DNA of 64,000 nt from Octopus vulgaris (lineage: Eukaryota), in NCBI GenBank assembly GCA_951406725.2, contig OX597814.1, positions 101,184,001 through 101,248,000 of the forward strand. Direction: 5' to 3'. The notes under the pieces are model-generated. The model was given only the letters and a program-made list of their open reading frames with translations. It did not search any database and was not told where the DNA came from. The translations under genes were made by a program, and so were the position numbers. Shown piece by piece: positions 13,959 through 27,834 of the stretch; the first letter of the stretch is position 1, and each line of letters starts with the position of its first letter.

Positions 13959-14654
13959 TTCCAACAACAATAAAAACATCTGTAAGCAACAACGTAGTAG
14001 TAGTAAAAGAAAGTAACTGAAATGAAGAGAATTCTTCACGACATTTATTTTAGGTAACATCAGTAGAGGAAAAAAATGTTGATTTGAAATATCACAGAAG
14101 TTGGTCCGGTGATAAAGTTCAAATATGTTTGAATTCCACCCCAAACTGTTTATACTGTTTTGATTTGGTGAATATATAAGTATCAAATGGTTAGAGATAA
14201 TAGAAATAAACATAACAGTTTATCAGTCTAAATCAGATTACAATAAGCATCTAAGGATAGTAACCGCTGACCGCTTTAAACAAAGACGGCCATTTTATAT
14301 GTCAATACCCAGCCAGTATGAAGCTTCGCTGACTGTTCCTTGACGCCAGCGAACTAAGGGAAACATTTAAAGATGTCTTCAATTACACAGACAAAATCGG
14401 GTTTTAATGAATCTGCTGACATCGTTTGATAATTTTTTGTTCATCGTACTATGTACATCATTCTCGTAATAAACAGACAAAGGAACATTTACAAACATGC
14501 ACACACGTTCGGGCTCACAAGACTAACACATATACCCACACCAACTCACAAATGTTTATACATACGCATTCATGTAAATATAGTCATACATACATACATA
14601 CATATATACATACACACAAACACACATGTTCTTTTATTCTTTTATTCTAAAACC

Positions 14655-14860
14655 TTTTAATTGCTTCAATCATTAGACTGTAACCAAGATGAAACATCGC
14701 CTTAAAGAGTTTTAGTCGAAGACCCCATGACATATTCTTTGTAAACCTTGTACTTATTCAATCGTTTTCTTTTGCCGAACCACTAATGTTACGGAAACGT
14801 AAACGTACCAACATCGGTTGTCAAGTTCTGGTGGTGGGGAACAAAACAGACACAAACACA

Positions 14861-14942
<82 letters not shown>

Positions 14943-15573
14943 ACTTTATATATTATATATACTTTTAAATATATATTTTTTTAATGGATGAATGTGAGTT
15001 CGTCCCTTAAATAGAGTCATTTCCAGCGATTTCTAACGTTGCTTTACATACTTTACTCTTGAATTTAGTAATGTAAATTTATAAATGTATGAAAACTTAT
15101 ATAGAAGTAATCAGTATAGGATTTAACTTATTAAACACAGCTCAACAAATTCAATCATGTTTATGTAATGGAGGATGTTAGATGTTAAAATGGATTATAG
15201 CTTTTATTAATTATGCTGCTATACAATTTGTTTCAGACAAAAAAAACTAGACAAATTTGTACTCCTCATCGGTAGCTGGGATAGAAGCTAAAAAGGACAT
15301 TAGAAGTACATAGATTTTCCCTTAGTACTCATATTGTAATAATGTGTTCATTCATGGAGTCATGCCTATGTTAAACAAGACTCTTGTTTAAAATTTGACT
15401 TCCGATTTTCTGTTACGAATAACTGAGCCTTTTTTGTATGAAACAAATTGTATAGCAACATAAATAATAAAAACTATAACCCGTTTTAATATATAATCTC
15501 CTCCATTACATAAATATGAATGAATTTATAAAACTGTGTTTAATAAGTTAAATCATATACTGATTATATATAT

Positions 15574-15628
<55 letters not shown>

Positions 15629-15713
15629 TCTTACAGTCTCCGTCTACCAAATTCACTCGCAAGAAGCCATCTAGTTGAGAAGCAAGCTTCTTACTACACA
15701 CCTATGCCTGTGC
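14655..15713 (-). mobile_element. SINE family A split by a long-TIR element in its internal microsatellite
   Basis: 3' half at about 14655-14870 (GCCGAACCACTAATGTTACGG...CATCGGTTGTCAAG) and a deleted 5' half at about 15623-15713 (CCGTCTACCAAATTCACTC...GCAAGCTTCTTACTACAC). Confidence 0.7.
14985..15566. mobile_element. Foldback/MITE-like element with long inverted repeats
   Basis: Arms at about 15108-15250 and 15423-15566 are reverse complements (TAATCAGTAT(A/G)GATTTAACTTATTAAACACAG...GCTATACAATTTGTTTCA) with scattered mismatches. Superfamily not determined. Confidence 0.75.
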
Positions 15714-15792
15714 TTGCTTCTGTACGTATGTGTGTATGAGTGTGTGCATGTGTGTGTGCATATATGTTTGTATATACATATATATATATATG

Positions 15793-15846
<54 letters not shown>

Positions 15847-16285
15847 TGTGTATAACTGGTGCATAAGAAGACTCGTTAGCGCGTCTTACGGCGTTTAGAT
15901 TCTGCCGAGTTAGACTTTGCTATATATCTTTTCACCGTTGATAAACTAAGTACCTGTTGAGCAAAGCAATCGATTAACCCTTCCCCCACTAGATTGCCTC
16001 TCATACGTGCATACACACGAACAAACACAAACACACATTTATAGATACAGATACAGTGATCTCTCACGTTAAAAAAGTAACGGGCTCATAAAATCTCGCT
16101 AGGACATTAAAATTCCGCAATGCGAAATCGTTTTCCCTATTGATATTTCTTATATCTAACGAAGTGGGATGAATTCCGATACATTATTTTGAGAACTACA
16201 CCAAAAAGAAAAGGAAAAGAGCTGAGCGGTTATTATTGAAGACGTGGCATCGTCCTATACAAGGACGATGTTATACACACTCACA

Positions 16286-16379
<94 letters not shown>

Positions 16380-17315
16380 TATACACACACATATATTAGT
16401 GGGTATAGTATGTATATATAAGTGTGTGTATGTATGCATGTTCGTATCTGTTTGAAGTTCCTGTCATGTATCTAAGACTCCAAACCTATATTTCTTCCTA
16501 TTATATATAGGAGGAAATATATATTTTCCTCTGCCTTTCTTTGCTATTGGTATATAAAAGGCTTGCTTCAAGTGATGAATTTGGGTGACATCAGCTGATT
16601 GTCATTCTCCGTCCCACTCGACTTTTATATTCATTCATTTCTAATCACTATACAAATAAATAATATGCGATGTTATGTGTGTGTGTGTTTCCGCTTTTAA
16701 ACAAGAATATTCGAGAGGGATATATTCTCGGAGATTGATTCGCGAGGTGACTTGTAATAGATATTAAATTCGTACGTTATATATCTGAGCTACGTTCATA
16801 AGATTTTTATAATTCACATCAAAACATGTGTTGTACCATTTCTTCGCGGTGCATTTCTTTTAAGCAGTTAACATAATTATTACAATATGATGTAAAGACT
16901 CTTGTGCGTTATGATGTTTGATGCAAATTTTAAATTTAATTTAATCTTTCTTTTTGTTTCGAAATAAAGAAAACTAAAACTCGGCGGTAAGTCTTAGCGA
17001 TTCTGAAATTAAAGCGTAATAAGAGAATTAATTTCACATAAAGAAATTATATATTTGAGGATATATATATAATGAATTTATCTGTGAAATCAGGTTCAAC
17101 AAAAAGAGTACTCCATCTGGCTAGAGTAAAATATTGTTTTTTATGATCATCTCACATGTATAAAAGACGCTACTAATAGTTTCACGTACATGGGATCCAC
17201 GTATGTTATTTAGCACGCCTGAAGAACGTACGTTGGGTCCTTTGTATTTGAAACTATTAATAGCGTGGTTTATATATATGAGGTGACCATAGCAAACTAT
17301 ATATATATATATATA

Positions 17316-17953
17316 CAAGGTTATTGAAAAGCAATATTTTAATAAGGAAAAGCAATAGAAAACTCCAGATAAGTCACAAGTATTTACTCACAATCAACTT
17401 CTATTTCCTATCTTACAAGTGTTCAATGTGACCACCACCTGCACCACAGGCAACAACAATGCGACAAGAGAACTCTTCCCAGAAGCGTATCAGCATTTCT
17501 CGAGCCACAAAATTGGCACCTTATGATTTGAGCTTTTTTAAATAAAAAAAAGTGCACCAGCGATGGATTGGTCGAAAAGGAGTCCAAGCCCTTGCTCTTT
17601 GTGGTTGGTCTGTGAGATCCTCAGACCTCACCGTGTATGATTTTTTTGTAGTGGGGAAATGTAAAAGATCATGTTTATGTTTCACCGTTACTCACTAACC
17701 TTGATGACGTTAAACATCGAATAATAACAGCGATCAACACAGTAGATCATGATATGTTTATACGCGTCTGGGAGGAATTCTCTTATCGCATTGATATTTG
17801 CCCCTGCTGAAAGTGGTGATCATATTGAACACTTGTAAGACAGGATAAAAGAGTTAATTGTGAGTAGACACTTGTGATTTAGCTGGAGTTTTCTGTTGCT
17901 TTTCCTTATTAAAATATTGCGCGATGAAATCGGTTCATTCGTTTTGAATAATC

Positions 17954-17956
<3 letters not shown>
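17316..17956 (+). mobile_element. Deleted Tc1/mariner element of rosa/DD41D type with ~200-bp TIRs
   Basis: Termini TA|CAAGGTTATTGAAAA and TTTTGAATAATCCTG|TA; the inverted repeat extends about 190-210 bp. A frameshifted C-terminal remnant reads RWIGR...W.VRSSDLTVYDFF..WGNVKDHVYVSPLLTNLDDVKHRIITAINTVDHDMFIRVWEEFSYRIDIC...GDHIEHL*, matching the WPPRSPDLTPxDFFLWG...HIEHL pattern. Inserted in (TA)n. Confidence 0.85.
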
Positions 17957-18030
<74 letters not shown>

Positions 18031-18401
18031 CTTGTGGCCAGGATGTTGCACTCACTGCGATACCTGACGTGTGGTACAACGTAGACCTGTCCAGGCAACT
18101 TGAAGGAAAAAGTGAGCTAATGAACAGGACATGCGTTTGACCAGTATAAATAAATCAGCTGTGCAGGTTGTTTGGCAGAAGCTGAACGCTCGTACGTTGT
18201 CTTCGACGGGGAAGTCGTAGTAAAAGTCTAAAGTCCGGGTTAGATGCAAAGTTAGGGTATTTCCCTGAATACAGAGCTATGAACACAGTCGGGTTCCATG
18301 CGAAAGCCAGAATTCCTCAGGTGTAGAAAATCCAAAACATCTCGAAAATTGAGATGGCAAAACATTCTTTGTCGGGATTTCAATTCTTTTAATAATCATA
18401 C

Positions 18402-18463
<62 letters not shown>

Positions 18464-20027
18464 AAAAAACACACGCACACACAGGCACATATATATGCAT
18501 ATGTGTGTGTGTGCGTGTGTGTGTGTGTATGTGTGCGCGCTTGTGTGTGTGTATTTTTAATTTATGCATATGAGAATAGATAATCATTTTTTATAATATA
18601 ATATTGCAGAGCGGATTTACTTGGCGCTTAGAATTCTCTGATTTGTCACTGCTGACAGGCATATTAAAGGTTCGTCATGACTGATCTGTTCTGTTTCTGG
18701 TGGATCTGTGTCAGTAACCAGATCGTAGATGTTCGCACGATATAATATAGTAAACTACTACAGTAAAATAATACAAAAGGGAAAATAATAGTAACAGTAT
18801 ATCTGTAACTTAAATGCCTCTTCCATAGTGTAATTGCTTCAATTGAAATGCGCCACCACAGATCAAATCTCCTGCCAAGGAACTCAAGTACTTTGACCTT
18901 TTCTTTATGTTTTCATTGGATGTTTCGTGTGTCTTTATTACTAAACACAATTGCATAATATATGGAAATATTATTTTACATGAAACTGTTAAATACACTC
19001 TAGTGTCTAAAAGATATTAGAAACGGAAAATCAAAACGAAATGACAATACATATAATATACTATTGGGAGTTAAAGTCAATATACAGAAGGATTCATTAT
19101 GTGTAATGTAAGATTATTCATAGACATGCTGGCACCATGTTACGATTGTCGTGTTGGTGACTCGAATCTGCGATCCAGTTTCGAACTACGTAGATTGTTA
19201 AACAAAGTTGGTATAATATGTAAGATATAAAAGCATTTCCAAATTCCTGAAGCGTTTATGTAAAAATCCCTGTTTTTATCATTAAATTGATGAGAGACAA
19301 ACCTGTACTTTGGATACGATACCGGATTAATACTAACATCACACAAGGAAGTTCTATAACAGATAACATGAAATTTGACACAAAATTAGAAACTGCTTAA
19401 ATAGAGAAATTTGAATTCACTATGCAGTGAATTTATTTAACCTCTCATATTCTTCTTAGTCCACTAAGTTGTACCTTAACACAAGGTATGGCTTTTCTTT
19501 ATACTACTCAGACACATCAAAGATTTAAAGCCCTGGAGAAAGCTAAAACAGCACGACCTAGTTGTTTATATTTATGTCAAATCTACACGTTTCTCATATC
19601 ATGCTTATCGAATCTGTCCTTCATTGCTTTACATCAGTAATAATGAATCCACAGTATTCAACAACATCGCAAGATAAAAAAAAAACTGTAGAAATATTTA
19701 TCCGAAACTAAAATACACAGAAAAAAGTAAATGACTTCCAGGAGTCGGCTTTTAAGGGTTGGCCATCAGTACTTTGCGCAATGATAAACTCTCATAAACA
19801 CACAGATACTACACACAGAAGATGCATATACAGCCGAATTACTTTGTGGCGAAAACTTTCTTATAACAATTACTATTTGATAACATTAACCAGAGAGTAT
19901 GGAATTCTCTAATTTTGATGAAAATATCCGATTGATAAGATTTTACGTGATTGTAATAAGCGGCTTCTGCTGAACTCAAAATGGCGCTCAACACGTTTAC
20001 TATATTCTCTGTGATTGTAAAGAACAT

Positions 20028-20395
20028 ATTGATTTCAAATTTTGCCACAAGGCCAGCAATTTCGGGGAGGAGGTTAGTCGATAACATCGACCTTAGTGCT
20101 TGACTGGTACTTATTTTATTGATCTCGAAAGGAGGAAAGGCAAAGTTGACCTCAGAGGAATTGGAAATCAGATCGTGAAGACAGAAAAAATACCGCTGAG
20201 CATTTCGTTCGGCGTGCTAACAGATCTACCAGCTCGCCGCCTTAATACAGGTACTACTTATTTTTGCCAGCTGAGTGAACTGAAACAACGTCAAATAAAG
20301 TGTCTTGCTCAAGGACACAACGCGTCGCCGGGAATTGAACTCATGACCTTACGATCGTGAGCCGAATACCCTAACTATTAAGCCAAGCGCCTTCG
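20028..20395 (-). mobile_element. Adjacent SINE family B copy (about 20028-20245) and family D 5' part (about 20246-20395)
   Basis: B: Nin-like GCCTTTCCTCCTTTCGAGATCAATAAAATAAGTACCAG on the minus strand. D: tRNA head GGCTTAATAGTTAGGGTATTCGGCTCACGATCGTAAGG...GAGTTCAATTCC plus CORE-like TGTGTCCTTGAGCAAGACAC. Confidence 0.8.
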
Positions 20396-21926
20396 CAGAT
20401 TTTTACAGAACATATTGAATAGAGTAAATGACAAACACTTTATGAGTATTAAGAAGCTCCATATTGCGTCAACACAAAGAAACGACAAAACTAGTATACA
20501 AATGAGACATTAAATTTGTCACGGCTTATACCATTTATTCACACTCACATTCGCACAAACCACGGCAAAGTACACATAACAGAAACTAATGCATTTTGTA
20601 TCATCTTACGATGCACACAAGACGCACTCACGGTCATACACAGAACCAGAGTCAGAAATATATTACCCTCCCCACGCACCATGACATGTTTAACACGATA
20701 AAACAAAACAAACTAAAACATCGTAGTTGTAGGCTGTTTGTTTCAAAAATTACTAAAAGGTATATAAGCGTTATTAACAAAGGAACACCAGCTCCAACAC
20801 TTACATCGATTTCTGGTTTCGCGCCTTTGCTCTTGCTGGTAGCACACACACACACAAACATACGCACGCACACAAAATACTTGACACAACAGTAGGTGAA
20901 AAGCTTATTCGCACTATAAAATTTGAATACGTATTATAAACGACCACAAGTGAAACCGACAAAGTATATTCCTCTATATGATGGAGGCACTACTTACCTG
21001 AAAACACAGATCTGTAGTAGTAGTAGTAGTAGTAAGTTGCTTTGTTGACTTGCTTATTGGGTATAGGCACATACAATAGGGACTGACTGGGTGAATTCTC
21101 CTTCTAAATAAATAAGTCAATGGAAGAACGACAGTGACCATGAACGTTGCAGGCCTTTACATCGATGATTTTGATGTAGTGATATTCCGATTTTACAGTG
21201 TGCGAAGTTAAACAACGTTGGCTGCACTATTGGGAGAAGTATTTTACCTGAAACTAGAGAGCTGTTAAGAAGGAAGATATGTAGGCATAAAGAGTGAAGC
21301 TGTCTACTCTGTATTTTAAATAAATTTTAGAGTTATTATCACATCGTAAGTTGACCTCTATGACAGAAAATATCAACTAATTTTGTTTGGTAAGGGTAGG
21401 GATAATAATTTTTTGCTTTTATCGATGAGAAATCTCGATTACAATAGTAGTAAAATTGATGTAGATAAGAAAATATGTTATCCCTGGTGAAAGCTGCCAA
21501 TGCAAGACATGATGATGTAATTCCTTTGTATTTTGTTTTCTTTCAAACATTACTTGAATATTACGTCCCATATAGACGTCTCATAATTCACTGAGATACA
21601 ACGGATGTGAATCCAATGAATGCATTTCTTGTTATCGAATAATGATTATATTTAGGTATTCTTCATCTCTATACATGATGTAAATTGCTGTTTTGGCATG
21701 CGCAATTTTAGAATGTCTGTAGAAGAGAATTCCAGCAAGTCTGCCAGCCTATAACGTGCATAAACTCATAGAAGCACATCGTATATGTACATACTGTACG
21801 TAAACCTACTGATAAACTATAGGGAAATAGTATCTAACGGCTGTTTATTGGTATTATTTCATTAAAATTAGCCACAAGGAATTTGTTGATGTATTTGCAT
21901 TTGGTATTTCAGATCAGTTAATAAAA

Positions 21927-22361
21927 GTGAGGATTTGTGAAAAGAAACTTGCTTCCCAACCACATGGCACCGGGTTCAGTCCCACTGCGTGGAATCTTGG
22001 GCAGGTATCTCTACTTTAGCCTCGCGCCTGCCGAATTGTTGTGAGTGGATTTAGCAAGCGGAAGTTGAAAGAAGCCTGTCGTACACATATGTATGCGGTG
22101 TGTGTGTTTGCATGTGTGTGATTGCGTATGTGCGTGCTTGTGTGTGTCCGTGCGTCATTGCGTGCGTGCTTGTCCCTCACACGATCACTTGACAACCGGA
22201 CTACGTTTTGTATGTTCCTGTAACCTAGCGGTTCGGCAAAACAGACCGATAGAATAAGTACCAGGCTTTAAAAAAATGCAGGAATCTATTCATTCGACTG
22301 AAAACCCTTCAAGGTGATCTCCCAGCATCCCCGCAGTCCAATGACTGAAACAAGTAAAAGA
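21927..22361 (+). mobile_element. tRNA-derived SINE family A, full length, diverged
   Basis: GGGTTCAGTCCCACTGCGTGG head, internal TG-rich linker, and tail CAGTCCAATGACTGAAACAAGTAAAAG. Confidence 0.85.
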
Positions 22362-22417
22362 TACACACATACACATGACCCACGGACACACACATACGCA
22401 ATTATACACTTACAAAC

Positions 22418-22487
<70 letters not shown>

Positions 22488-22666
22488 GTTTATGAATTTG
22501 TGTTGCAAGATTCCTGATGTGAAGTCGGGTGTTGAAACAGATATTGTTGTATTTCGGGATTGTTACTGGGTTTTTTGTTTGTTTGTTTGTTTTTGCCAAA
22601 TAAACATACGCACCATATATTCGTTCTCTACTCGTTTATTACTGTTCTTATTCTAACTCATGTCCA

Positions 22667-22712
22667 TGTCCGGAAATGTTCGTCACACATCTGTGACTTC
22701 CTCGGCGACACT
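22667..22712 (-). ncRNA. Degenerate minimal type I hammerhead-like motif
   Basis: AGTGTCG CCGAGGA A GTCACA-GATG-TGTGAC GAAC ATTTC CGGACA; perfect 6-bp stem II, core altered. Confidence 0.55.
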
Positions 22713-23164
22713 GAAAGATAAATGAAAAATATAAAAGTAAAATAGGGACGTAAAAAAGCGTATGAATGGCACAGATACAAACAACAATAGAAGCTATCCC
22801 ATATATTTACACAAACACACATACGGTAACTTCACTGAGGGCCACAACAATATTAACAACACGACTAACAACAATGGCAACAACAGCAATAACAAACACG
22901 ATGGCAGCAGCAGCAGGAAGCGAACACCAACACAGTCAGTTACAAGAACGGTACAAAATGACGGACTCAAGGGCAGCAGCAGCGACAACAGGGTAGGAGA
23001 CGGGGCTAAGGAGAAGGTCATAGTCCAACTAAGAAAAATGATACACACGAACACGCACATGTACACACAAACGTGCAAACACAGACACACAAGCGCATAT
23101 AAAGATGCACATCATAGGGGAAAAGAATGGAATAAGCAGATCAAGAGCGCACACGAAGACGGAA

Positions 23165-23211
23165 AGTGTCGCTGAGAAGGTCACAGATGTATAACGAAAG
23201 ATTTCCGGACA
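23165..23211 (+). ncRNA. Degenerate minimal type I hammerhead-like motif
   Basis: AGTGTCG CTGAGAA G GTCACA-GATG-TATAAC GAAA GATTTC CGGACA. Confidence 0.55.
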
Positions 23212-23269
23212 ATAGACCAAAGTTAGAACGAGAACGATGTAATAAATGAATGAAGAACGAATATATATA

Positions 23270-23365
<96 letters not shown>

Positions 23366-23533
23366 AATATTTGTTGTGCAAGAATTTTTATGTGAAGTCG
23401 TGTGTTGAAACATATATTGTTATATTTCGGAATGGTCATTTTGCCAGTTTAGCCAATAAAAACACACGCACTATATATTTGGTGTTATTTTGCTTCAGTG
23501 TTATTTATTTTTTACATTAATCTTAATCTTATT

Positions 23534-23580
23534 TCGGCCAGAGTTCTTTCGTCACACTCCTGTGACCGCATCAGTGTTCC
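23534..23580 (-). ncRNA. Minimal type I hammerhead-like motif (A9 substituted)
   Basis: GGAACA CTGATGC G GTCACA-GGAG-TGTGAC GAAA GAAC TC TGGCC; perfect stem II, intact GAAA, CUC triplet. Confidence 0.6.
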
Positions 23581-24069
23581 TTTGTTTTCTTCTTTCTTAT
23601 TTATGTCTCTCCTTACTAACCGTCAGCCATTTTGTATTTCTATTGTATGTTTTCATTTGCGCATGCTTATATATCTATGTGCGTCTATGTTTATTTAGTG
23701 TGTGTATGTGGGGAAATGCCTGTAATATTTGTATCTTCTGTTTATATACGTTCATGGAATTTGTATTTTGTTTTTGTTGTTGTTGTTTTTGTTTATTCTT
23801 ATTTTGTTCATGTGTTTACATCCACTTATTATTATCATTACATATGCTTGTATGTATGTATGTATAACAACAATACTAGTAATAATAATAATAAATCGAA
23901 TCGAAAAAATATATATATATATATATATATAGTTATTTATTTCTATTTGTTTATTTATCTGTGTATTTATTATGTTTTCAGGATCGTCTATCGTCATATG
24001 TTGTGGTGTGTGCTAGCGCTCCATTCTTGTTTTTAACAATATATACACATACGCATGCACACACATTCA

Positions 24070-24130
<61 letters not shown>

Positions 24131-24131
<1 letters not shown>

Positions 24132-24294
24132 GCACCTGTGACGTCGCAAATCATTTCTACAGCTGAGTGAAATGTAGCAACGTGAAATAAAGTGGTTTGC
24201 TCAAGAACACAACACGCAGCCCGGTCGGAACTCACAACCTCGCAACCTCACGATCGTAAGCACCACGCTCTTACCACTGAGCCATGTGTCTTCA
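24131..24294 (-). mobile_element. SINE family D 5' part (tRNA head plus CORE-like domain)
   Basis: Reverse complement TGGCTCAGTGGTAAGAGCGTGGTGCTTACGATCGTGAGG...TGTGTTCTTGAGCAAACCAC. Confidence 0.8.
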
Positions 24295-24335
<41 letters not shown>

Positions 24336-24410
24336 TATATATATAGATATACTTATTATATACATATATATATATATATGTGTGTGTTATACATATATAT
24401 ATATATTATT

Positions 24411-24458
<48 letters not shown>

Positions 24459-24700
24459 CAAATACGTGACAAAAGTTAAAATGTTAGCATATGTGTGTAT
24501 ACACGTACTTTCTAATATAATACAGATTGCAGGGAAAAGAATAATTATGAGATTATAAGTACTGTAAGGTTCCGAATATTTATCGTCTACCAAAATTTAC
24601 GAGATTGTGGGAAAGGACTTTCACTTATACTTGAATGATGAGTGATATATTTTGGCGTATGAAATGGTTAAAATAAAACAAATTTACAAATGCCTAAAAG

Positions 24701-24760
<60 letters not shown>

Positions 24761-25019
24761 GCATGACACATTCAGGAGGCAATACAATACACACATACAC
24801 ATGTATGCACAGGCACACATATACACACATATGTCTATGTACGTATGTATGAAATAAATAAATAACTATACATATAAATAAATTAGATAGGTGTATATTA
24901 TATATATGTATATGTATGCATATTTGTAATACACATGTATGTATATATACGTGTATATATGTTTATATATGTGTGTCTATGGAGATAATAATAATAATCA
25001 TACAGATAATCAGATGATG

Positions 25020-25105
<86 letters not shown>

Positions 25106-26094
25106 ATATATATATATATATGCCTACTTACATATACATATATATTTATATATGTATGTAAATATATATGTACATATATATGCATACATATGTATGTATT
25201 TATACACATACATGCGCTCATACCTATGTATGTATGTGTTCTTGTGTCTATGTACGTACGTAGGTATGTATACTCAACGAAGAAGGAAGTGATTACACAG
25301 AATTGTCTAGGAAATGAAAAAGGGAAAACTGAAGGGTGATAAAGTTCAAGAGTAATGACCAAAACAGATGCTTTCTGAGTGGTAAGAGAAAGACGGCAAT
25401 ACAGAAGGACGTATCACTTGGTTGCTTATGAAAATAACAGAACGCAATATTAAAGCAGTTGATATATGAATGTATTATCTGGAAATCCCAAGATGAAACG
25501 AAACAGAATAAAACATTTACATAACTTATTCAGATTCTAGTATTGAATCGCTTGTTGCTTTCTGTATGCTTTATTTCTTTTCATATTTACATTACTTTTC
25601 TTTTTCTCTTTCAATTTCTCCTCTAACATTTTAGCTCTAAAGAGCGGTGACGGAATGTTACACTGGACGAATGCCGGAAAAAAAAATGTCTTGCGATATG
25701 AAGTTGTGTCCTCTTATTTCACAAGTTCAATTCACACTGGGTATGATAAAAAAAATTATGGATAGATAGACATAGACACATATATACAGAGCGATAACTA
25801 CAGAAGTTCGTAAACATATGTATATACGAATATATTTACGTAGAGTATAAAATATACACGGAGCCGATCTTATGTTAATGTCTGTCTGTCTCTCTTTACT
25901 GGTGACACACCCAAGACATTTTAGCACATTTCATCAGCAAATTACGAACATTACGATTATTACGCAAATCTGAGCTTCTCGAAACAGCAGTTGAGTTCAT
26001 GAATTGCACATGCTCTTCTTAGTATTCTGTATGTTTGTATGGTCCATGTAATATATGTATATGTATGTTTGTGTGTGTGTGTGTGTGTGTGTGC

Positions 26095-26157
<63 letters not shown>

Positions 26158-26257
26158 CGTGTACGTTTTTATGTTTCTGAATATATGTAGATCTATGTGT
26201 TTATATATGTCTGTCTACCTATATACATATTCATAGACACATACACTCATATATGTT

Positions 26258-26301
<44 letters not shown>

Positions 26302-27834
26302 TGTAAAACAAGCCTAATTATGCATATCTGCATCACTACTTCCATATCAGATTCCCTTGGATTTACTTCTAGCCACTCTTTATGTCGTGAACCCAGTTCT
26401 GGATGAACATTTTGGAGTTGAACTTCAAATTCATTTGAGTATTACTATGTGTTTTCTATACAGAGCATATGTAGCTCTATACACAGCATATATACCTCTC
26501 ATCTTATCCCTGTACATATGTGTGTGATACAATTAATACTAAACTCCTTGTTCCTTTGTGTTTGCACCAACTGATAAGTTCATACTTTAGATCGTAAAAT
26601 GTAGCGGACGCCCGAATTTGTATTGAAAACCCTTGAGGCTTATTTTGTTTTTCTTTTATTTCTGGTCTATATAATTAATAGTAAAATAGATATTGGATCG
26701 TAATATAGACAACACTCTTTCAATGCTATTAGCATTGAGTCTATGTCAGAAATGTATGCTAGTTGCAAAAATTATTGTAATTTCTTTATATTATATTTCT
26801 ATACGTCGTTTTTGTATCCATATTTGTTTACATATTTAATATTTGTCTCTGCTTGAAACAAATATATCTAATACGTTATTATTCTCGTATGATTTCTAAA
26901 GATTTCCCGCAGAGCGTTTTTGTACGGTATATAGAAGATACGTATCATTGTTAGATGATTATTATTTTCCCCTTTCAAATTAATGCCGACTACTTATACG
27001 AAACCATATTGAGTGAAACGAATCACAAATTTCCTATGATATCCGCTACTTCTTTTCCTGATCGTCTTAAACATTGAGTGTAAAGTTATTATCCCACATG
27101 GGATTGAGAATAAGAGATTTTTTGGAACTGCCATACATGGAATGTATGAAGAGAAAAGGCATGCTGTTAACTGTAGACATTAAAGGATATTATATTTATA
27201 GACCCCCATCCAAACAAACGAGGGTTTAGAGTTTATATGTTGATCTTCTCTAAGGATTTATCAAGGTTCCTCACTAACTGTTCGTATTCAATTCCTTGTT
27301 GAACCATATCATAACTAGACATACCATACTATAACTCTCACATATTTGTGATAATGGCTACCACTAACAGTCTTAAAAGATATTTGCTGCCAGGTAAGTT
27401 CACGCTTGGTCTACCTTATGATAGCAATGACCTTCATGGACCACAAATAATCATTAGCGATATTTTCGTTTGAAATTTATTCACCTGATCTGCATTAACA
27501 GAAAAATTTAATCCATGTTTAATTATTTTCTCTTATGCTTGCTGTAGGTAACTCTGGTTTTGTTGATTCTGGACAAAGTCAATTGATTTTATGTTAATAT
27601 TTACACAACCGTTTTTACTCTGGTACATACTTTGCTATATTTCTTCATCAATAAAGTGAGAGAAAATAACACAATGGCGTTCTTGTTAAATTTAGAAAAG
27701 AAATCTAGAAATTTAGAAAAGAAAATGTATGCTTCAAAACATCTAACTTTCTTTTGAACTCTCGGGACCAGAAAGGTATTCAATCTGGAAAGGAAACAAG
27801 TATAGATTTTACAATCGGGATCAGATTTCTAGCC

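Larger units (their letters stand above)
22497..23580. mobile_element. Three related Penelope-type pseudo-LTR-like repeats: about 22497-22712 (-), 23165-23265 (+), 23370-23580 (-)
   Basis: 22615-22712 is the reverse complement of 23165-23265, and 23370-23580 is a diverged direct repeat of 22497-22712. Each carries a hammerhead-like motif with stem GTCACA/TGTGAC. Penelope assignment is inferred from the motif. Confidence 0.7.

Noticed and set aside
22762-23175. 137-aa ORF between the inverted repeats
   Set aside because: Low-complexity AAC/CA-derived sequence with no recognisable domain.
25325-25710. Two further hammerhead-like relics (CTGAAGG...AATGACCAAAAC; CTAAAGAGCGGT...GCCGGAAA)
   Set aside because: Core and stem II each need several changes; not counted.
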